The translations under genes were made by a program, and so were the position numbers. From contig OX597817.1 in assembly GCA_951406725.2 (NCBI GenBank), forward strand, positions 59,892,001 through 59,956,000: DNA of 64,000 nt. Direction: 5' to 3'. The stretch is from Octopus vulgaris. Taxonomy: Eukaryota. The notes under the pieces are model-generated. The model saw nothing but the letters and a program-made list of their open reading frames with translations. It was not told the origin of the DNA and ran no database searches. Below, piece by piece: positions 33,841 to 47,126 of the stretch. Within the stretch, counting starts at the first letter, position 1; the number at the start of each line of letters is the position of its first letter.

Positions 33841-34615
33841 TCATCATCATCATCGTTTAACGTCCGTTTTCCGCGCTAGCACGGGTTGGACGGTTCGACC
33901 GGGGTCTGGGAAGCCAGGGGCCGCTCCAGGCTCCAGTCTGATTCTGGCAGAGTTTCTACGGCTGGATGCCCTTCCTAACGCCAACCACTCCGTGAGTGGA
34001 TTGGGTGCTTTTTACGTGCCACCTGCACAGGGGCCGGGGGGTCCGGCATCGGTCACGATCGGTTCGAGCTTTTAACGTGCCAGGGACACGGGGGCAATGG
34101 GATGCGGGGTAGAGTTGAGTTGGGGGGGGGTCCAGCTGAGAAAGGTTTCACCAGTGAAAAGAGAGGGAGAGATAGTAAAGGGGTGCGGGTAATATAGGGG
34201 AGCACCAGTGGGGAAGGTTGGGGGAGGAGGAACGATGGCAGGAAGGGTTGGTGAAGGTTCGTAAGAAATATAAACGTAGGATGTGTATATATATATATGG
34301 GTAGGTGTGGGGAAGGTTGGGGGGGTAAGGAGGAACGATGGCAGGAAGGGTTGGTGCAGGTTCGTAAGAAATAAAAACGTAGGATATTACGAGGCATGGA
34401 GGGGACTGGAAGGAGATAGTAGGATTGAGGCAGTGTCAGATTCAAAACAGGAGGAAGCGTAAGATCAGAGGGCGGTTGATGAGCTGAGACGCTAGCAGCT
34501 TGTCTTTTCTCAGTGAAAGCATATGAGGAGAAGGGGTAGGAAGGGGTGGTGGGGGAGGAGGAGGGAGTATCTGGTGTAGATGGTGAGAACAGTGTTCACC
34601 GGTATTGGTGGTATT

Positions 34616-34840
34616 GGCGGCGAGCTGGGAGAAACGTTAGCACGCCGGGCGAAATGCTTTGCAGTATTTCGCCCGTCGTTACGTTCTGAGTTCAAATTCC
34701 GCCGAGGTCGACTTTGCCTTTCATCCTTTCGGGGTCGATTAAATAAGTACCAGTTACGCACTGGGGTCGATATAATCGACTTAATCTGTCTGTCCTTGTT
34801 TGTCCTCTGTGTTTAGCCCCTTGTGGGTAGTAAAGAAATA
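34616..34840 (+). mobile_element. Second tRNA-derived SINE family, apparently young copy
   Basis: GAGCTGG..GTTAG A-box-like head, GAGTTCAAATTCC B box, central GCCTTTCATCCTTTCGGGGTCGA domain; related copies near 5790-5930, 15170-15310 and 50090-50300 (-). Confidence 0.8.
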
Positions 34841-35228
34841 GGTATTGGTGGTATTGGTGGTGGGGGTGGTATTGGTGGTGGGGGGGTATTGGTATTGGTG
34901 GTGGGGGTGGTATTGGTGGTATTGGTGGTGGGGGTGGGAGGGGTGGTGGTATTGGTGGTATTATATATATATGTATGTATGTATATATGTATGTATATAT
35001 GTATGTATGTATATATGTATACATGTATGTATATATGTATGTATGTATATATGTATACATGTATGTATATATATATGTGTATGTATATATATATGTGTAT
35101 GTATATATATATGTGTATGTATATATATATGTGTATGTATATATATATATGTATGTATATATATATATGTGTATGTATATATATATATGTATGTATATAT
35201 ATATATGTGTATGTATATATATATATGT

Positions 35229-35328
35229 NNNNNNNNNNNNNNNNNNNNNNNNNNNNNNNNNNNNNNNNNNNNNNNNNNNNNNNNNNNNNNNNNNNNNNNN
35301 NNNNNNNNNNNNNNNNNNNNNNNNNNNN
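35229..35328. other. Assembly gap (100 N, probably unknown size)
   Basis: Run of exactly 100 N between a microsatellite and a LINE fragment. Confidence 0.99.
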
Positions 35329-36095
35329 ATACGGGACCTGGGGATAGACATGAGTGACGATGCATCTTTTTCTTCACACATCGCGAAGGTGGCGACAATG
35401 TGCAGACGACTCACTGGCTGGATCCTGAGGACATTCCGGACAAGAGACTGCGAGACCATGTTGACACTATGGAGGACATTTGTCCTAAGCCGCCTGGACT
35501 ACTGCTCCCAACTGTGGTCACCGCATAGTGTCAAACTAACCACAGAGCTTGAGACAATCCAAAGACATTTCACCGAGAGGATTTCCACCATGAAAGAAAA
35601 GAACTATTGGGAGAGGCTTAGGGAACTCAATTTGTACTCCTTGGAACGAAGACGAGAGAGATATGCAGTGATATACATATGGAAAATCCTGGAGGGACTA
35701 GCACCAAATTTTGGAATTGAGAGCTGTTCCAATCCCCGTACAGGACGTCACTGTGTGGTGCCAAAGGTCCCGTCTTCCACATCCAGGGTAAGGAGCAGAT
35801 ACTGTAATAGCCTGGGGTTCAGGGGCCCTCAGCTTTTCAACAAACTGCCAAGAAAACTAAGAGATCTACATGATGCGGATGTGGACATTTTCAAAAACAT
35901 CTAGACAAGCTGCTTTCCGGGATCCCAGATGAACCCACTGCAAGGTACGAAGGTAACCTAAGGGCAGCAGCTACAAACTCTCTCTTAGATCAGTGGCCAG
36001 CCACGGCAAACTGGACTTAGAGAGGGTAGCAACAAGGGCGGTGCCCCAGCATGGCCTCAGCCGGATGGCTGAAACAAGTAAAAGAGTAAAAGAGT
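35329..36095 (+). mobile_element. CR1-type LINE 3' fragment (RT thumb / C-terminal region), running into the gap
   Basis: RDLG..., LSRLDYCSQLWSP, YWERLRELNLYSLERRRER; after a 1-nt shift LDKLLSGIPDEP..RAAATNSL; tail GAAACAAGTAAAAGAGTAAAAGAG. Confidence 0.85.
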
Positions 36096-36153
<58 letters not shown>

Positions 36154-36169
36154 GTATATATATATATAT

Positions 36170-36231
<62 letters not shown>

Positions 36232-36546
36232 TTCAATTAGATTTATTATTATTATTACTAATATTGTTGTTATACATACATACAAGCATATGTAATGATA
36301 ATAATGGGTGGATGTAAACACATGAACAAAATTAGAACAAAAGCAACAACAACAAAAACAAAATACAAATTACAAGAATGTATATAACCAGAAGATACAA
36401 ATATTACAGGCATCCCCTCACACACACACTAAATAAACATAGACGCACATAGAGATATAAGCATGCGCAAATGAAGACATACAATAGAAATACAAAATGG
36501 CTGACGGTTAGTAAGGAGAGACACAAGTAAGTGAGAAGAAAACAAA

Positions 36547-36591
36547 GGACCACTGATGCGGTCACAGGAGTGTGACGAAAGAACTTTGGCC
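36547..36591 (+). ncRNA. Minimal type I hammerhead ribozyme-like motif (A9-to-C variant)
   Basis: Stem I GG(A)CCA/TGGCC, core CTGATGC-G, stem II GTCAC-AGGAGT-GTGAC, GAAA, short stem III AG/CT, CUU triplet. Confidence 0.55.
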
Positions 36592-36705
36592 GAAATAAGA
36601 TTAAGATTAATGTAAAAAATAAATATCACTGAAGCAAAATAACACCAAATATATAGTGCGTGTGTTTTTATTGGCTAAACTGGCAATATGACCATTCCGA
36701 AATAT

Positions 36706-36759
<54 letters not shown>

Positions 36760-39700
36760 ATGTACATAGGTAATGTGTGTATATAATGGTATGAACATAT
36801 ATTCCAAAAAAAAAAAGAAATGAAAGGAGAATTCCTGCTAAACAGATTAATAGTACACAAGTTGTTATGAAGATTAGCAACAAAAACAATGTCATTAAAC
36901 AACACAATTAAGAAACAATTTAGTATTTCAAAGATAAAAACCATCTGTTTTTTGTCTTCCTCTCAACAAAAACCCAATGAAAAATCGTAATACAAACCTA
37001 ATTAGTTGTGTCTGTTTTACAAAATGTTTATAAATACATGTATATATATATATATTCCCTTTTTCACTGTTTTGCTTTCCACACCGCTCTCTATATAAAA
37101 TATGAAATGTACATCTATGCTCTTTGTGTATGTCTAAACATTTTGTAGTAATCTTCACACACAACTCTCTCTCTTCCTTTCTTTCTCTCCCTCTCCTTCT
37201 CTATAAATATTTCAATTAATCTTCCTTTCTCCCTCTCTCTGTGTTTCAATTTTCTCGCACACTTTCTCTCTCTCTCACTTCCTTCACACACTCATTCTAT
37301 CGCTCTCTTCCTTTCTATCTTTCTCTCCCCGCTTCTCTATAAATATTTCAATTAATCTCTCTCCCTCTCTAAATATTTCAATTAATCTTCCTTTCTCCCT
37401 CTCTCTCTCTGTTATTCTCGCTCTCTCTCTATATATATATCACAATTCCCTCACACTCTTTATATATATTTCTATTTCCGTACATTTACACTCTGCGAAT
37501 ATGTCTTTAACGCCTCACGCTCTCCCTCTCTCATTCTATCTCTATTTTAATTCTCTCTCCCTCCCCTCCCCTCATTCTATGTACATTTCAACACCCGCAC
37601 CCTCTCTTTCATTGCTTCGCCCATCCCCTCTATCTTTCTTTCCCTCTCGTTCATACATGTACACACCATTTCTCTCTCTCTTCCCCTCTCTCTATCTATC
37701 TGCCTATCTTTTATTTATTGGTATTGCTCAATCCAGCCTCATTTTCAAGGAACAGGAATGGATTAGTCACCACTGTTTTTCTCCTTCTCTCTCTTCGCCT
37801 CTTACTCCTTCTCTCTCTCTTCGCCTCTCATTCCTTCTCTCACGCAGGTAAAAAAATACATACGTAACGAGGAGTGTTTCTATTTTGAAGTTCTAGAAAT
37901 AGCAGTCATATCTCCCTCAAATCATACCCTAAAATCTTAAAAAGAATGAGGCACATTAACACAATCTAGTCCTATATACACCTAAAAAGACGAGAGAATC
38001 ACGGCTGGAAAACCCCCCCCCCCCATTCTATGTCTCTCTCTTACGCAGGTAAAAACATAACGAGCTGTGCCCCTACAAGGTCGCTCGAAACTTCTAGAAA
38101 TGGCAATCAAATCTTGCTCAAATCACACGCTAAGGTTTTAAAAAGTAAACGTTACATTACGCAATCTAGCCGTTGATGCTCTTTAAAAGACGGGATGATC
38201 AAGGCTGGAATACGTTTGACCATATATCCGTTGTCATAAAGGTTGACCTGGGGCTAAACAAGAACCAACCTCATGCGGTTATCGATTAGTACAGAGTGAC
38301 TTCGATGACAACAATCTTGAAGTTGTTTATTCCAACGGAAACTGGGCTGCGGTCATACAACACAGCTTTTACAAATTTCACTCATTTGAGTGTGGCCATG
38401 CTGGGGCACCACTTTAAAAGCGTTTAGTCGAACAAATCGACCCCGGGATTTATCTTTAGAACCTAGTTATTTTCTTCCGCAGAACCGCTAAGTTACGGAT
38501 GTGTAAACAAACCATCACCGGTTGTCAAGTGGTAGGACAAACACACACACATAATATCGTATTTCGTTTTTGTATTTGATTTCCAGGATTCTTGATGTGA
38601 ATTCGTGTGCTGAAACAAATTTTGTCGGGGGGGGGGGGGTCGTTGCACCAATAAACAGCAGCACACGCTTCTTTCAGTTTTCGTCTAGCAAATCCATTGT
38701 TGAGGCTTTGGCCAGCCCGGGGCTAAAGTAGAAGACATTTGCACAATTCTATGCAATGGGACTGAACTCATGACCATAGGCAAGTCTCCAAATTACACAG
38801 CCATTATATATCCTCATCATCGTTTAACGTCCGCTTTCCATGCTGGCATGGGTTGGACGGTTTGACTGAGGACTGGCAAGCCAGAAGGCTGCAATCTGAT
38901 CTCGTAAGGCTTCTTCAGCTGGATGCCCTTTCTAATGCCAACCACTCCAAGAGTGTAGTGGGTGCCATTCCACTGGCACAGGAGCCAGTCACACTCAAAT
39001 GCTGCTTTTTACGTGCCACCAGCACAGGCACCAGTTGGGGGTGCACTAGCATCAACCATGTTCAAATGGTGGTTTTTACAGGGAGTCAGTCAGGCGGCGC
39101 TGGCATCGACAACATTCGGATAGTGCTTTTTAAGTGCCATTGGCATGGGGAGCCAGTCAGGCAGCACTAGCATTGAGCCACATTTGAATGACGCTTATTA
39201 CGTGCCACCAGCACAGGTAGCACTGGCATCGGCCACAACTACATGTATAAGTGGTCCATAAGTCAGTATAATATGTCTGCTGGTCTGTCTCAGACCCCAT
39301 CAATCCAAAACTACATACAGATATGAGAGAAGGAATACGTGCAAAGAGTAGATACTGTGGTGCCATGCAATGATACTTGGACCAACTCTGTTGACAATCC
39401 ATTTACTGATTACTTAGCATTGGTCACACAAAGAGAATGTTTCCACGGCATTCATCAGATATCCCCATCTTTTACTGGTTTTATTAGATTGTGGCTATAC
39501 TGGGGCACTGCCTTGAAGAATTTTTAGTCAAATGAATAAATCCCAGTAAATATTTTTTCTTTGAAGCTAGGTACCAAAATTTGGAATCAGAATTATTTCA
39601 ACTTCTTATATTTATTTATTTCTCATGTAAGAATTAGAAAGTGTTATTATTCTTGTACGATTTCACAGAATATACAACCGAATATCGTTTACAGACTCAC

Positions 39701-39885
39701 AGACAACCTCTGGTAACAGGCCTCTGTCACAAGTTGGTCTTATCTGCTGGTGGTGGTGGTGGGGGTAGTAGTGTATTTTTTACCTTGTGATGAATCTTTG
39801 CCCTTTTCTTTTAGACGAAATCCAATTTGTAATCAAACACCTTCACCAATTCTGAGTTCACCACAGTTTATCCCAGATTAGCCCT

Positions 39886-42800
39886 GATTGTGCAAAACTT
39901 GTGATCAAAAGCAATTTAATCATGGTAATCTTGTTTTTTCATCATCATTTAACGTCCGCTTTCCATGCTAGCATGAGTTGGACGATTTGACTGAGGTCTG
40001 GCGAACCAGATGGCTGCACCAGGCTCCAATCTTGATCTGACAAAGTTTCTACGGTTGGATGCCCTCCTAACACCAACCACTCCGAGAGTGTAGAGGGTGC
40101 TTTTACATGCCACCAGCACAGGGCCAGTCAGGCGGTACTGGCAACGACCTCGCTCGAATCACATGTCACTGGCACAGGTGCCAGTAAGGCGATGCTGGTA
40201 ACGATCATGCTCGGATGGTGCTCTTAATACCCTACTAGCACGGGGTCGAGTGCCAGTAAGCATAAATGTAAGACTACATTCTTTAATGTGTCCCTTCATC
40301 ATCATCATTATCGTTTAACATCTGTTTTCCATGCTGGCATGCGTTGGACGGTTTGACCGGGGTCTGGGAAGCCAGGAGGCTGCACCAGGCTCTAGTCTGA
40401 TCTGCCAGTGTTTCTACAGCTGGATGCCCTTCCTAACGCCAACCACTCTGAGTGTAGTGGGTGCTTTTTATGTGCCACCAGCACAGGAGCCAGAGGGGCT
40501 GGCAACGACCATGATTGGTTGGTGCTTCTTACGTGCCACTGGCACAGAAGCCAGTCATGGCGACACTGGCATCAGCCACGTTTAGATGGTGCTTTTTACG
40601 TGCCACTGGCACAGCTACAATTTCCATTTGATTTTGATGTACTGAACTCAATAGGTCTCCTCAAGCACTGCATGTCACCCTACGATCCAAGTTACAGCAT
40701 GATCTGACAGATTTTTACAGACATACACATGTATGCCTCCCACACTCCTAACTTGCTTTCTTCATTACTTAAAAAAGAAGAAAAATGAATATTTGTTATG
40801 AAATTTTTTTACAAATACCTTTCAGATGGTATAGATTACAATTATATTAGAATTTAATATATAAAGAAAATAAATAAATTTCACGTTTTTTTTTTCCTTT
40901 TTCAAAATTTCAAGTTTCACTTCATAGATAACATAAATATAAAATGTGTCAATATGTACACGCCCACCAACTTTTTAATCTTTTCCTATCTCTTTCTAAA
41001 ATTAAATTCTTCCAATATGATCGTAATCTACACCATCTGAAAAGTATTTATAAGGAAATGTCATTAAAAACACCCATTTTTCAAAAAGTGTTATGAGGGA
41101 AAAAAATCCCCAGGGTGGGGTGGGGAACGCTTGTGTCAGAATGGCCATGGTTGTTATTTTGAGCAAAGTGTACAATTTCAAAGCTGCTTCTCTGTCAGCT
41201 GACACTTGGGATAATGTTTGCATTAAATGAATTTTTGTAATTCAAAAACTGGGAAACCACATAGGTCTGCAGTCATGAGACTGTACGTGATTTCTGTCAG
41301 TGAAACGACAGTTAAATGCTGAAGTCCATGCACAGTTGTAGTATGGTGACATTAAGAAGCTTAGTAAAAATATTTTGTTTGGTGAATAAAGGAAGATAAA
41401 TGTTAACAGAGATTTCAAGAGGTTAGCATGTGATTACACTCCTCTTAACATGATAAGGCTGTATGGTTAAAAAGCTCAACTGGCAACCATGAGGTCTTGG
41501 GTTCAGTCCCACTACAGCCCTGGCCTAACCAATGACTTGTGAGTGAATCTAGTTGACAGAAACTGTGTGGAAGCCTGTATTGTGTGCGTTTGTCCCCACT
41601 ACCACTTGTCGACTGGTGTGGGTTTGTTTACATCCCCATAACTTAGCGATTCAGCAAAAACACTAACAGAGTAAATATCAGACTTCAAAATAAGTAGTGT
41701 GTACAATTTGTTTGACTAAACCTATCGAGTTGGTGCCCCAGCATGACCACAGTCCAATGACTGAAACAAGTAAAAGATACATGTGAACACTACATAGGCA
41801 AAGTGTGGCTGAATTAAGAAATTCGTTATGGAACAGCAAGCTCCTGGGTTCCATCCCACAGCATCACAACTTGAGATGTTATTGTCAAAAGCTCCACACC
41901 TTGTGAGTGAAATTCAGTAGATGGAAACTGCAGAAGAGGTAGACCCAGGAAGATGTGGGATGAGGTGGTGAAATATAACCATTGGATGTTGAGTCTGATG
42001 GAAGTGACGGCAATTGAAGACTTTTGGTGATTTGTTGTGCTTGAGAAGACATGTTAAGCTTTAGTGGAATTGTGGTTGTGGCTAGTGGCGGTGACGCATG
42101 TAAAAGGCACCTGGTACATTCGTTGGAGTGGGTGGCATTAGGAAGGACATCCAGTGATAGAAAGCAAGCCAAAACAGACTAGAGCCCGGTGTGGCTCTCT
42201 GGCTCACCAGCTCCAGTAAAACTGTCTTGCCCCATTCTAGCATGGAAAACGAATGCTAAATGATGTAAATATACACACACGCATTAAGATTCTTTCAGTT
42301 TTCATCTACCAAATCCCGAGGTTATAGTAAAAGACGCTTGCCCAAGGTGCAGAGCGGGACTGAACCTGGAACCATGTGGTTGGGAAGCAAACTTCTTACC
42401 ACACAGCCACGCCTCTGCATATATATAAAAAAAGAGAGGTTCAGTCCTATTGCGTGGCACCTTGGACAGACCAAAGCCTTCAGAGTGGATTTCGTTGATG
42501 GAAACTGAAAAGAGTCCACTGTGTGTATATATGTGTCACTTTGTCTCAGGGTCATACGGTGATTGTAAGTAAATGTCTCCCACCATACAAGCAGTGTTGT
42601 TTGTAATCTTCCATGAAATGATGCCTGACCACTGTGCTGTTCATGTTCAAAGGACAAGGGGGGAAATATTACCTCACTTGGAGACAGGTAAAGGTTATAG
42701 ACAGGAAGGGCATCCATCTGTAACAAAAAAACCTGCTTCAATGAATTTTGTCTAACCCATTCAAGCATTGAAAAGTAGACATTAAAACAATGACGATATA

Positions 42801-45800
42801 CAAATACATATCGCATACACTGTTATATACTGGGGTTTATGTTTTCATACTGATTGCAATAATCACATTTTGGTTGTTGCTGCTGACAGTTTTCATCTGT
42901 CTATTTCAGTAACATTCTTAGAATTGAACCCTTTATTAAAGCCATGGGGGTCGATTGTTGTCCTAATGTCCCCACCCAAGCTGATTTGTTTATAAGAGAC
43001 CCTTGTAGAGCTGAAGCGGTAGAGAGAATAACCAACAGGACCAGCAACCAATTATATCATCAGTGAATATTTTTGTCAATCAATGGAGATTCCTTCTTTT
43101 GGATATTGTCTAGTCTTTTGGCAACACATCTCATATTCCTCCCAAAGATACCCTCGTCACTTCCCTAACACCAAGCTCTTCTCGGAAACCACTTTTCTTG
43201 CCACCCAGAACCATTTCACTAGTTATCCACCCTCCACCAATTACAACTGCTCCTCCACCACCTTACATCTCTCCTCCCACAACTTACCCAACGTCATTAC
43301 TTTTCTACTGTTTAGCACTGTCATCTCCTATACTCTCCCATCCCTCTTCTAAAATCCATTCTGCTCTGACCCCTTCCCTCATACTTTTACATACGTTTTG
43401 TCCCCTATCTGCCAGCATAAAGTCATACTGTTGGGGATCATAGTCTTACCATCTATATGACAGTTTCTCTAATGGTGGTCACACAAAAAAAGCACCCATA
43501 AAAAAGCACCATAAAAAGATTGTGCAAAACTTGTGATCAAAAGCAATTTAATCATGGTAATCTTGTTTTTTCATCATCATTTAACGTCCGCTTTCCATGC
43601 TAGCATGAGTTGGACGATTTGACTGAGGTCTGGCGAACCAGATGGCTGCACCAGGCTCCAATCTTGATCTGACAAAGTTTCTACGGTTGGATGCCCTCCT
43701 AACACCAACCACTCCGAGAGTGTAGAGGGTGCTTTTACATGCCACCAGCACAGGGCCAGTCAGGCGGTACTGGCAACGACCTCGCTCGAATCACATGTCA
43801 CTGGCACAGGTGCCAGTAAGGCGATGCTGGTAACGATCATGCTCGGATGGTGCTCTTAATACCCTACTAGCACGGGGTCGAGTGCCAGTAAGCATAAATG
43901 TAAGACTACATTCTTTAATGTGTCCCTTCATCATCATCATTATCGTTTAACATCTGTTTTCCATGCTGGCATGCGTTGGACGGTTTGACCGGGGTCTGGG
44001 AAGCCAGGAGGCTGCACCAGGCTCTAGTCTGATCTGCCAGTGTTTCTACAGCTGGATGCCCTTCCTAACGCCAACCACTCTGAGTGTAGTGGGTGCTTTT
44101 TATGTGCCACCAGCACAGGAGCCAGAGGGGGCTGGCAACGACCATGATTGGTTGGTGCTTCTTACGTGCCACTGGCACAGAAGCCAGTCATGGCGACACT
44201 GGCATCAGCCACGTTTAGATGGTGCTTTTTACGTGCCACTGGCACAGCTACAATTTCCATTTGATTTTGATGTACTGAACTCAATAGGTCTCCTCAAGCA
44301 CTGCATGTCACCCTACGATCCAAGTTACAGCATGATCTGACAGATTTTTACAGACATACACATGTATGCCTCCCACACTCCTAACTTGCTTTCTTCATTA
44401 CTTAAAAAGAAGAAAAATGAATATTTGTTATGAAATTTTTTTACAAATACCTTTCAGATGGTATAGATTACAATTATATTAGAATTTAATATATAAAGAA
44501 AATAAATAAATTTCACGTTTTTTTTTCCTTTTTCAAAATTTCAAGTTTCACTTCATAGATAACATAAATATAAAATGTGTCAATATGTACACGCCCACCA
44601 ACTTTTTAATCTTTTCCTATCTCTTTCTAAAATTAAATTCTTCCAATATGATCGTAATCTACACCATCTGAAAAGTATTTATAAGGAAATGTCATTAAAA
44701 ACACCCATTTTTCAAAAAGTGTTATGAGGGAAAAAATCCCCAGGGTGGGGTGGGGAACGCTTGTGTCAGAATGGCCATGGTTGTTATTTTGAGCAAAGTG
44801 TACAATTTCAAAGCTGCTTCTCTGTCAGCTGACACTTGGGATAATGTTTGCATTAAATGAATTTTTGTAATTCAAAAACTGGGAAACCACATAGGTCTGC
44901 AGTCATGAGACTGTACGTGATTTCTGTCAGTGAAACGACAGTTAAATGCTGAAGTCCATGCACAGTTGTAGTATGGTGACATTAAGAAGCTTAGTAAAAA
45001 TATTTTGTTTGGTGAATAAAGGAAGATAAATGTTAACAGAGATTTCAAGAGGTTAGCATGTGATTACACTCCTCTTAACATGATAAGGCTGTATGGTTAA
45101 AAAGCTCAACTGGCAACCATGAGGTCTTGGGTTCAGTCCCACTACAGCCCTGGCCTAACCAATGACTTGTGAGTGAATCTAGTTGACAGAAACTGTGTGG
45201 AAGCCTGTATTGTGTGCGTTTGTCCCCACTACCACTTGTCGACTGGTGTGGGTTTGTTTACATCCCCATAACTTAGCGATTCAGCAAAAACACTAACAGA
45301 GTAAATATCAGACTTCAAAATAAGTAGTGTGTACAATTTGTTTGACTAAACCTATCGAGTTGGTGCCCCAGCATGACCACAGTCCAATGACTGAAACAAG
45401 TAAAAGATACATGTGAACACTACATAGGCAAAGTGTGGCTGAATTAAGAAATTCGTTATGGAACAGCAAGCTCCTGGGTTCCATCCCACAGCATCACAAC
45501 TTGAGATGTTATTGTCAAAAGCTCCACACCTTGTGAGTGAAATTCAGTAGATGGAAACTGCAGAAGAGGTAGACCCAGGAAGATGTGGGATGAGGTGGTG
45601 AAATATAACCATTGGATGTTGAGTCTGATGGAAGTGACGGCAATTGAAGACTTTTGGTGATTTGTTGTGCTTGAGAAGACATGTTAAGCTTTAGTGGAAT
45701 TGTGGTTGTGGCTAGTGGCGGTGACGCATGTAAAAGGCACCTGGTACATTCGTTGGAGTGGGTGGCATTAGGAAGGACATCCAGTGATAGAAAGCAAGCC

Positions 45801-47126
45801 AAAACAGACTAGAGCCCGGTGTGGCTCTCTGGCTCACCAGCTCCAGTAAAACTGTCTTGCCCCATTCTAGCATGGAAAACGAATGCTAAATGATGTAAAT
45901 ATACACACACGCATTAAGATTCTTTCAGTTTTCATCTACCAAATCCCGAGGTTATAGTAAAAGACGCTTGCCCAAGGTGCAGAGCGGGACTGAACCTGGA
46001 ACCATGTGGTTGGGAAGCAAACTTCTTACCACACAGCCACGCCTCTGCATATATATAAAAAAGAGAGGTTCAGTCCTATTGCGTGGCACCTTGGACAGAC
46101 CAAAGCCTTCAGAGTGGATTTCGTTGATGGAAACTGAAAAGAGTCCACTGTGTGTATATATGTGTCACTTTGTCTCAGGGTCATACGGTGATTGTAAGTA
46201 AATGTCTCCCACCATACAAGCAGTGTTGTTTGTAATCTTCCATGAAATGATGCCTGACCACTGTGCTGTTCATGTTCAAAGGACAAGGGGGAAATATTAC
46301 CTCACTTGGAGACAGGTAAAGGTTATAGACAGGAAGGGCATCCATCTGTAACAAAAAAACCTGCTTCAATGAATTTTGTCTAACCCATTCAAGCATTGAA
46401 AAGTAGACATTAAAACAATGACGATATACAAATACATATCGCATACACTGTTATATACTGGGGTTTATGTTTTCATACTGATTGCAATAATCACATTTTG
46501 GTTGTTGCTGCTGACAGTTTTCATCTGTCTATTTCAGTAACATTCTTAGAATTGAACCCTTTATTAAAGCCATGGGGGTCGATTGTTGTCCTAATGTCCC
46601 CACCCAAGCTGATTTGTTTATAAGAGACCCTTGTAGAGCTGAAGCGGTAGAGAGAATAACCAACAGGACCAGCAACCAATTATATCATCAGTGAATATTT
46701 TTGTCAATCAATGGAGATTCCTTCTTTTGGATATTGTCTAGTCTTTTGGCAACACATCTCATATTCCTCCCAAAGATACCCTCGTCACTTCCCTAACACC
46801 AAGCTCTTCTCGGAAACCACTTTTCTTGCCACCCAGAACCATTTCACTAGTTATCCACCCTCCACCAATTACAACTGCTCCTCCACCACCTTACATCTCT
46901 CCTCCCACAACTTACCCAACGTCATTACTTTTCTACTGTTTAGCACTGTCATCTCCTATACTCTCCCATCCCTCTTCTAAAATCCATTCTGCTCTGACCC
47001 CTTCCCTCATACTTTTACATACGTTTTGTCCCCTATCTGCCAGCATAAAGTCATACTGTTGGGGATCATAGTCTTACCATCTATATGACAGTTTCTCTAA
47101 TGGTGGTCACACAAAAAAAGCACCCA
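39886..47126. repeat. Tandem duplication of about 3.6 kb (39886-43498 and 43518-47126)
   Basis: Copies read identically apart from homopolymer-length differences; ORF track entries recur at an offset of about 3630. Confidence 0.95.

Noticed and set aside
37835-38265. Two CGCAG|GTAAAA sites suggesting exons
   Set aside because: They head two diverged tandem copies of a repeat 3' end (CTAGAAATAGCAG..CTCAAATCA, ending GGGGCTAAACAA); no supported ORF
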